Positions 51,953 to 60,873 of a DNA stretch of 64,000 nucleotides are shown here, piece after piece; position 1 is the stretch's first letter, and every line of letters starts with the position of its first letter. The notes under the pieces were generated by a model that was not told the origin of the DNA, did not search any database, and saw only the letters and a list, made by a program, of their open reading frames with translations. The stretch is from Spirochaetia bacterium (lineage in GTDB: Bacteria > Spirochaetota > Spirochaetia > SZUA-6 > Bin103). Where the stretch lies: assembly GCA_965199955.1 (NCBI GenBank), contig CBDATQ010000001.1, positions 1,856,001 through 1,920,000 on the forward strand. Direction: 5' to 3'. The translations under genes were made by a program, and so were the position numbers.

Positions 51953-51978
51953 GAAGCCCGGCTCCGCGGCCGGGCTTC
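51953..51978 (+). terminator. Hairpin after the SBP gene
   Basis: GAAGCCCGGC-TCCGCG-GCCGGGCTTC. Confidence 0.55.
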
Positions 51979-51983
51979 TCCCA

Positions 51984-52967
51984 TTGAGGCTTCCGGTGTC
52001 GCAACCGGCGCCTGCCGAGGCCCCGCCGACCGCGCCCGCGGAGCATCACCGTGCGGCGCTGCGCCGCCAGAAGATCGCGCGGGCGATTCGCATGCGCCAC
52101 GTCTACTCGCTGCTGGTGCTGTCCTTCGGCCTGCTGGTGGTCTTCAAGTACATCCCGATCTACGGGGTGCTGATCGCCTTCAAGGACTTCACCATCCACC
52201 GGGGCATCATCGGCAGCCCCTGGAACGACTTCGAGCACTTCCGCTGGCTGTTCCGCGATCCGTTCTTCTTCCGGGTGCTGTTCAACACCTTCTGGATCAG
52301 CGTCCTGCGCATCGTCTTCTCCTTTCCCATGCCGATCATCCTGGCGCTGATGCTCAACGAGGTGCGCTCGAGCCTGTACAAGCGGACCTCGCAGACGATC
52401 TCCTATCTCCCGCACTTCATCTCCTGGGTGATCCTGGGCGGCATCCTCACCGAGATCCTGTCGCCGCAGCGCGGCATCGCCGGCTATATCTGGACGCTGC
52501 TCGGCTGGGAGCCGGTCAACTGGCTGGCGCGCAAGGAGACCTTTCGCGGGCTGCTGGTGGTGACCGGCATCTGGCAGGGGGTGGGGTGGGGCAGCATCAT
52601 CTACCTGGCCGCGCTCAGCTCGGTCGACCCGACGCTCTACGAGGCGGCGGCCATCGACGGCGCCAACCGCTATCACCAGGCGCGGTACGTCTCGCTGCCG
52701 TCGCTGATTCCCGCGATCGTGATCCTGTTTCTGCTCCAGGTGGGCAACATCCTGGAGGAGTCGTTTCAGCAGATATTCAACCTGTACAACCCGGCGGTGT
52801 ACGAGGTGGCCGACGTGTTCAGCACCTACATCTATCGCTCCGGCATCGAGCAGGCGCGCTATTCCTACTCCACGGCGGTCGGCCTGTTTCAGAACACCGT
52901 CGGCGTGGTGGTGCTGATCGGGGTGAACTGGATCCTGCGCCGCTTCAGCGAGTACGCGATATGGTAG
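51984..52967 (+). CDS. ABC permease (LplB-like)
   Basis: FKYIPIYG, YLPHFISWV, LYEAAAIDGA; exact start uncertain. Confidence 0.92.
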   Translation: MRLPVSQPAPAEAPPTAPAEHHRAALRRQKIARAIRMRHVYSLLVLSFGLLVVFKYIPIYGVLIAFKDFTIHRGIIGSPWNDFEHFRWLFRDPFFFRVLFNTFWISVLRIVFSFPMPIILALMLNEVRSSLYKRTSQTISYLPHFISWVILGGILTEILSPQRGIAGYIWTLLGWEPVNWLARKETFRGLLVVTGIWQGVGWGSIIYLAALSSVDPTLYEAAAIDGANRYHQARYVSLPSLIPAIVILFLLQVGNILEESFQQIFNLYNPAVYEVADVFSTYIYRSGIEQARYSYSTAVGLFQNTVGVVVLIGVNWILRRFSEYAIW

Positions 52968-53857
52968 CGACGGCGCTGGGGCGCCGCTCGGCACTGGGCA
53001 TGGCCTTCGACGCGTGCAACTACGGGCTGCTGCTGGTGCTGTCGCTGTCGATCATTTATCCGTTCTGGAACCTGTTCCTGACCTCGTTCTCGCCGGTCGA
53101 GGAGGTGACGTCGCTCGGCATGCACCTCTGGATCGACCGATGGACGGTCTCATCCTGGGGTTTCGTGCTGCAGGAGAACGACGTGCTGCAGGCCTATCTG
53201 AACACCATCCACCGCGTCGTGTTCGGCACGCTGACCACGCTGCTGATCACCTTCAGTGGCGCCTACGCGCTGGCGAAGCGCGACCTGCCGGGCCGGGCCA
53301 CCATCACCACGCTGTTCATCTTCACCCTGTGGTTCGGGGGAGGGCTGATCCCCACCTATCTGCTGATCCGCTCGCTGGGGATGATCAACAGCCGCTGGGT
53401 GCTCGTCATCCCGGTGGCGCTGAACGTCTACTACATCGTCATCGCCCGCAACTTCATGATGACGATCGACCAGTCGCTGGAAGACTCGGCGATCATCGAC
53501 GGCGCCGGCTACTGGACCATCCTGTTCCGGATCGTGCTGCCGGTCTCCAAGCCGGTGCTGGCGACGATCGCGTTGTGGGCGGCGGTGTCGCATTGGAACG
53601 CGTGGTTCGACGCGCTGATCTACCTCAACGACGCCGACAAGCGCGTGCTGCAGATGCTGGTGCGCGACATGATCCAGCTCGTCACCTTCGACGAGCTGCT
53701 CGACTACGTGGAGGACCTCCCGGTCAAGGAGCACATCCCGCCGCAATCCGTGCGCGCGGTGACCATCCTGATCACCATCGGCCCGATCGTGATGGTCTAC
53801 CCGTTCATCCAGAAGTACTTCGTCAAGGGCGTGATGCTCGGATCGCTGAAGGGCTGA
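52961..53857 (+). CDS. ABC permease (LplC-like)
   Basis: FGGGLIPTY, SLEDSAIIDGA, YPFIQKYFVKGVMLGSLKG. Confidence 0.92.
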   Translation: MVATALGRRSALGMAFDACNYGLLLVLSLSIIYPFWNLFLTSFSPVEEVTSLGMHLWIDRWTVSSWGFVLQENDVLQAYLNTIHRVVFGTLTTLLITFSGAYALAKRDLPGRATITTLFIFTLWFGGGLIPTYLLIRSLGMINSRWVLVIPVALNVYYIVIARNFMMTIDQSLEDSAIIDGAGYWTILFRIVLPVSKPVLATIALWAAVSHWNAWFDALIYLNDADKRVLQMLVRDMIQLVTFDELLDYVEDLPVKEHIPPQSVRAVTILITIGPIVMVYPFIQKYFVKGVMLGSLKG

Positions 53858-53867
53858 GGCATCCGGG

Positions 53868-55478
53868 TCAGTCGGCGCCGGCGAAGCGGAAGCCGAACAC
53901 GTAACTGTTGCGCATGAAGAAGCGGATGTAGACCGCCTGCCCGACCAGCGCGCTCAGGTCCTTGCCGCTCCAGGTGATCGGCGTGGCGGTGTCGTCCATG
54001 TGGTTGGGGTCGCACTCGGCGAAAGTGTAGCCGGGTATGGCATGGCCGGCCCGATCGACCAGCTCGGTGTGCAGCGACCCGTGCCACTCGCGGCTGAAGG
54101 CGCGGTGCTCGGCGGAGCAGTTCACCAGCAGCCGCGGACCTCCGACCTTCACCTCGCGCGACAGCAGGTGGCCGCCGGTGACGCCGCCGTGGTAGCCGAC
54201 GAAGCGGTCGCGCCGGATGCGGGCCAGGCCGATGGCGCGGTTGTTGTCCGGGAAGCGGTAGCGCCACGGCCGCGAGGACCCGGAGTAGTACATATAGAGC
54301 CACTCGCCGTACGGGATCGCGGCGCGGATCGACCAGACGTGGCCGGCGTCCCAGCTTCCTTCCTGCCCGCGCGGCAGGAACGGTTTGCGATCGCGCGGCC
54401 GGTACCACTGCATGCCGTCCGGGCTGGCGGTGAGCTCGATCCAGGAGTGGCCGGTGCCGTCGCGCGGCTGCACGCCCAGGTAGCCCAGGTACTGCGATCC
54501 GTACGGCTGCATGGTCATGTGGTCGAAGAACATCTGTTCTTCGTCGTCCGCGGCGTCCGGCATCAGCACCTCGCGCGGCGGGTACCAGGTCTTCAGGTCG
54601 GGGCTGACGTGGATGCTGATCCGGGTGCGCACGTTCTCCACCGCGCCGGCGCGGCCGATGCCGGCGATGCCGGCCTCCGCGCTGCCGGGCACCTCCTCCC
54701 CCGCGCCGATGCCGCCGGCCAGGGTCAGCGCCCGGCCGCTGCGCAGCGCGCGGCCGATGAGCCCCTGGAGCTGCTCGGTGGCCGCGCGCGCGAACGGGCG
54801 TCCGCTCATGATCCAGTGCTCGACCCGCGCGTCCCAGTACAGGTTGTACTTGCTGTCGAGCGCCGGATGCAGCGGGTTGCCCTCATAGATGCGCCAGTCG
54901 ACGCCGTCGTCGCTGAAGGCCAGGCAGACCGCGTCCTTGACCGGGTAGTCGTTGAGGTCGGCCTGCGCGTACTCGCGGTGGGCGACGTCCTTGTAGACGC
55001 ACATGAAGCGTCCGCGGTCGACCATCGGCGCCGGCGTCCAGGTGACCGAGAACTCCTGGCACCGCTCGCGGCCGGTCAGCACGATGTTGGTGCGTTCGAA
55101 GCCGCGGTAGGGAAAGCGGTCGGTCAGTGGCTTGCGCCAGTGCACGCCGTCGTCGCTCTCGGCGTAGGACATCAGGTAGGGGCCGTACTCGTCGGCTGCC
55201 GGGGCCCTGCCGGAGAGCCCCTTGGTCCAGACGCTGGAGCTGGCCAGCACGTACCACATGCGGAACAGGTTCTCCTCTTCGTCGTAGAGGACGTTGGGGC
55301 CGCCCGCGGTCCGCTCCCACGGCAGGTCGGCCACCAGCACCGGATTGTGCGGATGGCGCACCGCCTCGTTCTGGACGCGCGTGGCGTCCCAGCGGTCCTC
55401 GATGGCGAAGTCGTCCAGGAACAGGTGCAGGTCGTGCCCTGGATCGTCGGGCGTGCCGCGAAAGTAAGCAGGGATCAT
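53868..55478 (-). CDS. Hypothetical beta-propeller glycoside hydrolase-like protein (paralog of 6077-7471)
   Basis: GAGGAGG RBS; LFLDD, YAESDDGVHWRKP, SDDGVDW, SPDGMQW, LYMYYSG, IGLARIRRDRF. Confidence 0.65.
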   Translation of the reverse strand: MIPAYFRGTPDDPGHDLHLFLDDFAIEDRWDATRVQNEAVRHPHNPVLVADLPWERTAGGPNVLYDEEENLFRMWYVLASSSVWTKGLSGRAPAADEYGPYLMSYAESDDGVHWRKPLTDRFPYRGFERTNIVLTGRERCQEFSVTWTPAPMVDRGRFMCVYKDVAHREYAQADLNDYPVKDAVCLAFSDDGVDWRIYEGNPLHPALDSKYNLYWDARVEHWIMSGRPFARAATEQLQGLIGRALRSGRALTLAGGIGAGEEVPGSAEAGIAGIGRAGAVENVRTRISIHVSPDLKTWYPPREVLMPDAADDEEQMFFDHMTMQPYGSQYLGYLGVQPRDGTGHSWIELTASPDGMQWYRPRDRKPFLPRGQEGSWDAGHVWSIRAAIPYGEWLYMYYSGSSRPWRYRFPDNNRAIGLARIRRDRFVGYHGGVTGGHLLSREVKVGGPRLLVNCSAEHRAFSREWHGSLHTELVDRAGHAIPGYTFAECDPNHMDDTATPITWSGKDLSALVGQAVYIRFFMRNSYVFGFRFAGAD

Positions 55479-55568
55479 GACTCCTCCTCGCCACGTGTGG
55501 CTGCGGACATGGTCGCGGGTTGGACGCCGCAAGTCCATGAGCGCGGCCGGGGCGAGACATTCGCCGTT

Positions 55569-55577
55569 TGATAGGAT
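55569..55577 (+). promoter_or_regulatory. Extended -10 (TGATAGGAT) 6 nt before GTG 55584
   Basis: TGATAGGAT-GCTCGC-GTG. Confidence 0.55.
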
Positions 55578-55583
55578 GCTCGC

Positions 55584-57377
55584 GTGTCCTCACCGGATGC
55601 TCCGAGCGACGATCTCCCGCTATTCCCGGCGATCCCCTACGGGCGCGCCTACTTCAAGGGCATCCGCACGGACGGCTGCCTGTACGTTGACAAGACGCGC
55701 TTCCTGCACGCGTTGGAGCAGGAGCGCTTCGTGTTCTTCATCCGTCCGCGGCGCTTCGGCAAGACCTGCTGGCTGTCGATGCTGGAGAGCTACTACGACC
55801 GCAACCAGGCGGACGATTTCGAGCGGGTGTTCGGCGGCCTGGACATCTGCCGGCGGCCGACCCCGAACCGCGGCCGCTACGTGGTCATGCGCTTCAACTT
55901 CTCCACCTTCGGCAGCGATCCGGCCAGACTGGAACGGGAGTTCGACGAGTACTGCCGCAGGCACGTCCGGGACGCTGTGGAGGACAATCCCGACCTCTTC
56001 CCGGGCGCGGCGTTCGACCGCATCCAGGCCCCGCCCACCGTCAACGGTCAGCTCGACGAGCTGTTCCTGCACGCCCGGCGCGAGGGGATACCGCTCTACG
56101 TCCTGATCGACGAGTACGACAACTTCGCCAACACGATCCTCGCGGGCGAGGGAGCGGAGGCATACCACGCGTTCACCCACGGCGGCGGCTTCTACCGCAG
56201 CTTCTTCGCGACGCTCAAGGCCGGCACCGAGAACGGCAGCGTGGAGCGCCTGTTCGTCACGGGGGTCTCGCCGGTGACCATGGACGACGTCACGAGCGGC
56301 TTCAACATCGGCGCCAACCTGAGCCTCCGGCCCGAGTTCAACGAGATGCTCGGCTTCACCGAGGACGAGGTGCGGCGCGTGGTGGAGACGTACCGGGACC
56401 TGGGCGTGTTCGACCAGGACGTCGAGACGGCGCTGGGCACAATGCGCGAGTGGTACAATGGCTACCGGTTCTCGGAAGAGGCGGAGGGCATCGTCTACAA
56501 CACCGACATGGTGCTCCACTACATGAAGCACTCCGTGCCCAACAGGGCCGGCCCGCGACAGTTGATCGACAGCAACGTGCGCATCGACTACGGAAAGCTG
56601 CGCCACCTGCTGCTCACCGGGCGGCAGTTGAACGGCAACTTCGACCTGCTGCGCCGGGTGATCGCCGAGGGACGGGCTGACAGCGAGATCGCCGAGACGT
56701 TTCCGCAGGCGCGGCTGACAGATCCGGAGAACTTCATCTCCCTGCTGCACTACTTCGGACTGCTGAGCATCCGCGACGTGGCCGCCCGCGTGCCGCGTCT
56801 GGGCATTCCCAACCAGACCGTGCGGCGGCTGATGTACAGCTACCTGCGCGACGCCTACGGGGACGTGGGCGTGTTCTCGCTGAATCTCGTGGAGTTCGAC
56901 CGGCTCACGCGGCGGATGGCGCTGGAGGGCGACTGGCGGCCGGCCGTCAAGCGGCTGTGCCAGGCGGTGACCGAGCACACCGGCATTCGCGACTACATCC
57001 GGGGAGAGAAGGTCCTGCAAGGATTCCTCGCGGCGTACTTGAGCGCATCGGAGTATTTCGTGTTCCACACGGAGCAGGAGCTGGCGAAGGGCTATGCGGA
57101 CATCGTGCTGGAGCCGCTCGTCGCGCGCTATCCGGGCATGCGGTACGGCTTCGTGATCGAGCTGAAGTACCTGAGTCGCGGTCCCGACACGGAGACACGG
57201 GTGACGGCGGTGGCCGATGATGCCCTTTCGCAGTTACGTGCCTATCTGGCGGACAGGCGGCTGGAGCAGCAGTACCCGGACGTGGAGTTCAAGGGCGTGG
57301 CGCTGGTGTTCCGCGGCTGGGAGCTCGTGTATGGCGAGGAGGTGACGGGCGTCGACGCGCGTTCGGATCGGGGATAG
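55584..57377 (+). CDS. AAA-ATPase-like protein with C-terminal PD-(D/E)XK nuclease (PDDEXK_9-type)
   Basis: YVDKT, RPRRFGKT, LIDEYD, FVTGVSP, WYNGY; C-terminal E...GYADI...IELKY. Confidence 0.9.
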   Translation: MSSPDAPSDDLPLFPAIPYGRAYFKGIRTDGCLYVDKTRFLHALEQERFVFFIRPRRFGKTCWLSMLESYYDRNQADDFERVFGGLDICRRPTPNRGRYVVMRFNFSTFGSDPARLEREFDEYCRRHVRDAVEDNPDLFPGAAFDRIQAPPTVNGQLDELFLHARREGIPLYVLIDEYDNFANTILAGEGAEAYHAFTHGGGFYRSFFATLKAGTENGSVERLFVTGVSPVTMDDVTSGFNIGANLSLRPEFNEMLGFTEDEVRRVVETYRDLGVFDQDVETALGTMREWYNGYRFSEEAEGIVYNTDMVLHYMKHSVPNRAGPRQLIDSNVRIDYGKLRHLLLTGRQLNGNFDLLRRVIAEGRADSEIAETFPQARLTDPENFISLLHYFGLLSIRDVAARVPRLGIPNQTVRRLMYSYLRDAYGDVGVFSLNLVEFDRLTRRMALEGDWRPAVKRLCQAVTEHTGIRDYIRGEKVLQGFLAAYLSASEYFVFHTEQELAKGYADIVLEPLVARYPGMRYGFVIELKYLSRGPDTETRVTAVADDALSQLRAYLADRRLEQQYPDVEFKGVALVFRGWELVYGEEVTGVDARSDRG

Positions 57378-57458
57378 TCAGGCTCGCCGGGCGCATCCTC
57401 GGGACGGTGGTGGCGGTGGTCGGTGTGAATGCAATATTAGCGACGGAGGTCAGCAGCC

Positions 57459-57692
57459 GTGGGCGAGGACAGGATCGAGATCAACGCACAGGTGATGATG
57501 GGAAAGCCGGTGATACGGGGCACCCGAGTCACCGTTGAGCTACTTCTGCGAAAGCTGAGCGAGGGAGCGTCAGAGGACGACCTGCTCAAGGCGTATCCGC
57601 GGATCACTCGCGCGGATTTGCGAGCCGCCGTCCGGTTTGCCGCCGAGACGCTCGCCAACGACGAGACGATATTCGTTGGTCATTCCCGTTAG
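57459..57692 (+). CDS. DUF433 antitoxin (orphan)
   Basis: VMMGKPVIRGTRVTV...YPRITRADLRAAVRFA. Confidence 0.9.
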   Translation: MGEDRIEINAQVMMGKPVIRGTRVTVELLLRKLSEGASEDDLLKAYPRITRADLRAAVRFAAETLANDETIFVGHSR

Positions 57693-57827
57693 CAGGTGGC
57701 GCTCTGTGGAGTTGAGCCGTAGTGGAGTACCCACGCCTCTCTTGGTCACGTGAACTCCGGTGGGGCCGCTGGTGGCGTACTCGTCTCCGACCTACGTAAG
57801 ATCGGGTTCCAGGGGCAAGGGCGGAAC

Positions 57828-58634
57828 ATGACGGATCGATCGAGGAGAGTGACCGAGCAGGACATCTCCTTCTTTCAGGAGCGGGGATACATCCGCTATG
57901 AGGGTTTCTTCTCCGCCGCGGAGATGGACGAGCTGCGCGACGCGATCGATCGCGCGATCGCCCGGAACCGCGAGCGCATCAGGGGAGTGGAGGGCGGCGG
58001 GCGCGTCTCGGAGGAGTACGAGCGCGTATTCAACCAGATGGTCAACCTGTGGACGGACTGTCCGGCGGCGAAGACGTTCGCCTTCCACGCCGAGCTCGCC
58101 GAGGCAGGGCGGCGACTGTCGGCCTGCCGTCACGTGCGCATCTACCACGACCACGCCATGGTCAAGCCGCCGGGCCAGAGCAGCCGGGCGACCAACTGGC
58201 ACCAGGACGCACCGTACTGGCGGATGGACCCGGTCGGCTCGTTCTCGGCCTGGATCGCCGTGGACGACGTCACCGTGGACAACGGCTGCCTGCACTTCGT
58301 GCCGGGATCGCACCGCTACGGCCGGCAGGAGCCGATCTCGCTCACGGTGGCGGAGGAGAGCATCATCGACCGGATGCAGGAACAGGGGTTCTCGGTGGCC
58401 GAGCCGGTCTCCATGGAGATGGCCGCCGGCGGCGTCACCTTCCACCACGGCTGCACCTTCCACTACGCCGGGCCGAACCGCACCGGCACCCCGCGGCGGA
58501 CATTCGCGATCATCTACATACCGGACTACGTGACGTTTACCGGTGGCAATGACGCTGCCGGCGCGGCGGACGAGATGACGGCCGGCGGCCCTTGGGACCA
58601 TCCGGTCCATCCGATCCTGGCGGGCGATCCGTGA
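57828..58634 (+). CDS. PhyH-family Fe(II)/2-oxoglutarate dioxygenase
   Basis: FFQERGY, WHQDAPYW, NGCLHFVPGSH, TFHYAGPN. Confidence 0.92.
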   Translation: MTDRSRRVTEQDISFFQERGYIRYEGFFSAAEMDELRDAIDRAIARNRERIRGVEGGGRVSEEYERVFNQMVNLWTDCPAAKTFAFHAELAEAGRRLSACRHVRIYHDHAMVKPPGQSSRATNWHQDAPYWRMDPVGSFSAWIAVDDVTVDNGCLHFVPGSHRYGRQEPISLTVAEESIIDRMQEQGFSVAEPVSMEMAAGGVTFHHGCTFHYAGPNRTGTPRRTFAIIYIPDYVTFTGGNDAAGAADEMTAGGPWDHPVHPILAGDP

Positions 58635-58644
58635 GGAGCGGCAG

Positions 58645-58797
58645 ATGTACTTCGATGCAAGCCTGGACCCCTTCAAGATCGAGTTCCTGCGGCCGGAAGA
58701 GTTGCGCCGGCGGCTCGATGCCTGTCCGGTGGCGTTCGTCCCGCTCGGCACCCTGGAGTGGCACGGCCACCACAACCCGAGTCGGACGCGACGGTGA
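58645..58797 (+). pseudogene. N-terminal fragment of a creatininase-family protein
   Basis: GAGGAG RBS; EFLRPEEL...PVAFVPLGTLEWHGHHNP, then homology stops. Confidence 0.8.
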
Positions 58798-58849
58798 CTG
58801 TGGTCCGTATCCTCCAGACCGAATGGACATCCCGGCGCGGCTCAGTGAC
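58779..58849 (+). pseudogene. C-terminal fragment of a ParE/RelE-type toxin (frameshifted)
   Basis: ESDATVTVVRIL / DRMDIPARLSD in adjacent frames resembles the ParE C-terminal motif VVRILHxRMD. Confidence 0.55.
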
Positions 58850-58871
58850 GCCCGGTGGTGGGTAGTGCGAC

Positions 58872-60873
58872 TTAGCCCGAAGTTCCAGAGCGTGAATCTC
58901 TCGTAACTTCATTGACAGAAATTAGTTGAAAGGTGATCTGCGTGCTGATTGGCGTCGTTTCGTGTCCATGTAGATGGTGGTGAATAGCGGCGAGATACAT
59001 GCTATTTGATCTTGACATATCGTGACTTGTGTGTATTCTGTTGCCACAGATCAGTAGTCATGTACATCGAGTCTGTCCCCAACCGCTCCTCTCCCCCTGC
59101 CATCCTGCTCCGCGAGTCCTACCGCGAGCACGGCAAGGTCAAGAAGCGCACGCTCGCGAACCTCTCCAAATGGCCCCCTGATCTGGTCGACGGCTTGCGC
59201 ACCCTGCTCAAGGGCGGCCACGCCTTCGCCTCGGTCTCGGATGCGTTGCTGCTCACGCGCTCGCTGCCCCACGGCCACGTCGCCGCCGTGCTGGGCATCC
59301 TCAAGCAGCTCGGACTCCATACCCTCATCGCCCGCAAGGCCAGCCGCTCGCGCGAGCTGATCATCGCCATGATCACCGCCCGCGTCATCGACGCGCAGTC
59401 CAAACTGGCCACCGCCCGCGCGCTCTCACCGCCCAGCGCCGTGTCCACCCTGGGCGAGTCGCTGCGGTTGGGGGAGGTCGATGAGAACGAGCTCTACGAG
59501 GCGATGGACTGGTTGGTCGGGCGCCAGGCGGCGATCGAGGACCGCCTGGCCGAACAGCACCTCAGCGAGCACACGCTGGTGCTCTACGACGTGAGCTCGA
59601 CCTACTTCGAGGGCAGCCACTGCGAGCTGGCGCAGTTGGGACACAGCCGTGACGGCAAGTCGGGCACGCTGCAGATCGTGTTCGGGCTGCTGTGCACCCA
59701 GGAAGGCTGTCCGGTGGCGGTGGAGGTATTCCCTGGCTCTACCGCCGACCCGAAGACGGTGAGCGCGCAGGTGGACAAGATCCGCACCCGCTTCGGGCTC
59801 ACGCGGGTGGTGCTGGTCGGCGACCGCGGGATGCTGAGCGCGGCGAGGATCCGCGAGGACCTGCAAGAGGTGGAGGGGCTGCGCTGGATCACCACGCTGC
59901 GCGCGCCGACGATCCGCAAGCTGGTGGCCGCCGGCGAGGTGGCGCCGTCGTTGTTCGACGAGCGCGACCTGGCCGAGATCACCAGCGAGGAGTTTCCGGG
60001 CGAGCGGCTGATCGTGTGCCGCAACCCGTTGCTGGCCGACGAACGGGAGCGCAAGCGCCAGGAGCTGCTACAGGCCACCGAGCAGAAGCTGGCCCCGATC
60101 GCTCAGGCCACCCAGCGCGTCCATCAGCCGCTACGGGGCGAGGCCGAGATCGGCATGCGGGTCGGCAAGGTGATCAATCACTACAAGGTGGGCAAGCACT
60201 TCGTGACCGAGATCACCTCCGAGTCGTTCAGCTTTCGGCGCGATGAGGCCAAGATCGACGCCGAGCAGGCGCTGGACGGGCTGTACATCGTGCGCAGCAA
60301 CGTGGAGCCGCAGGTGCTCGACGCGGCGCAGACGGTGCGCGCCTACAAGGGGCTGTCGAAGGTGGAGCGGGCGTTTCGGTGCATGAAGTCCGTGGACCTG
60401 AAGGTGCGCCCGATTCACCACCGGCGCGCCGATCGGGTGCGGGCGCACGTGCTGCTGTGCATGCTGGCCTACTACGTGGAGTGGCACATGCGGCGCTCGC
60501 TGGCGCCGTTGCTGTTCGACGATCACGATCGACAGGGCGCCGAGCGCAAGCGGGTCTCCGAAGTGGCGCCGGCGCAGCGATCGGCGGCCGCGGCGGCCAA
60601 GGCGTCGAGCAAGCGCACCGAGGACGGGTTGCCGGTGCACAGCTTTCGCACGCTGATCACTGAACTGGGCACGCTGACGGCGAACACGATGCAGGTTGCA
60701 GAGGGCGGCAGCACGTTCACGCTGCACACGCACCCGACACCGGTTCAGCAGCGCTGTTTCGAGCTGCTTGGGGTCACGCCCCGCATGTAGCCATGCACAG
60801 GAACCTGCACCATTGAGAAACTACCCTGACCACAAGGACTTCAGGCAATTTCGCTCCTGGAACTTCGGGCTAA
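58872..60873 (+). mobile_element. IS1634-family insertion sequence
   Basis: Terminal inverted repeats TTAGCCCGAAGTTCCAG / CTGGAACTTCGGGCTAA, flanked by GCGAC on both sides (58867-58871, 60874-60878). Alternative ends are 58876/60869. Confidence 0.9.
59060..60790 (+). CDS. IS1634-family DDE transposase
   Basis: LLRESYRE.GKVKKRTLANLS, LYDVSSTYFEG, GHSRD, VGDRGM, VERAFR, RPIHH. Confidence 0.93.
   Translation: MYIESVPNRSSPPAILLRESYREHGKVKKRTLANLSKWPPDLVDGLRTLLKGGHAFASVSDALLLTRSLPHGHVAAVLGILKQLGLHTLIARKASRSRELIIAMITARVIDAQSKLATARALSPPSAVSTLGESLRLGEVDENELYEAMDWLVGRQAAIEDRLAEQHLSEHTLVLYDVSSTYFEGSHCELAQLGHSRDGKSGTLQIVFGLLCTQEGCPVAVEVFPGSTADPKTVSAQVDKIRTRFGLTRVVLVGDRGMLSAARIREDLQEVEGLRWITTLRAPTIRKLVAAGEVAPSLFDERDLAEITSEEFPGERLIVCRNPLLADERERKRQELLQATEQKLAPIAQATQRVHQPLRGEAEIGMRVGKVINHYKVGKHFVTEITSESFSFRRDEAKIDAEQALDGLYIVRSNVEPQVLDAAQTVRAYKGLSKVERAFRCMKSVDLKVRPIHHRRADRVRAHVLLCMLAYYVEWHMRRSLAPLLFDDHDRQGAERKRVSEVAPAQRSAAAAAKASSKRTEDGLPVHSFRTLITELGTLTANTMQVAEGGSTFTLHTHPTPVQQRCFELLGVTPRM

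Noticed and set aside
50031..52994. 987-aa minus-strand ORF, and similar long ORFs (6764-9079, 17180-19018, 23089-25056, 30653-33100)
   Set aside because: Antisense shadows of well-supported genes, expected from high-GC codon bias; no recognisable motifs.
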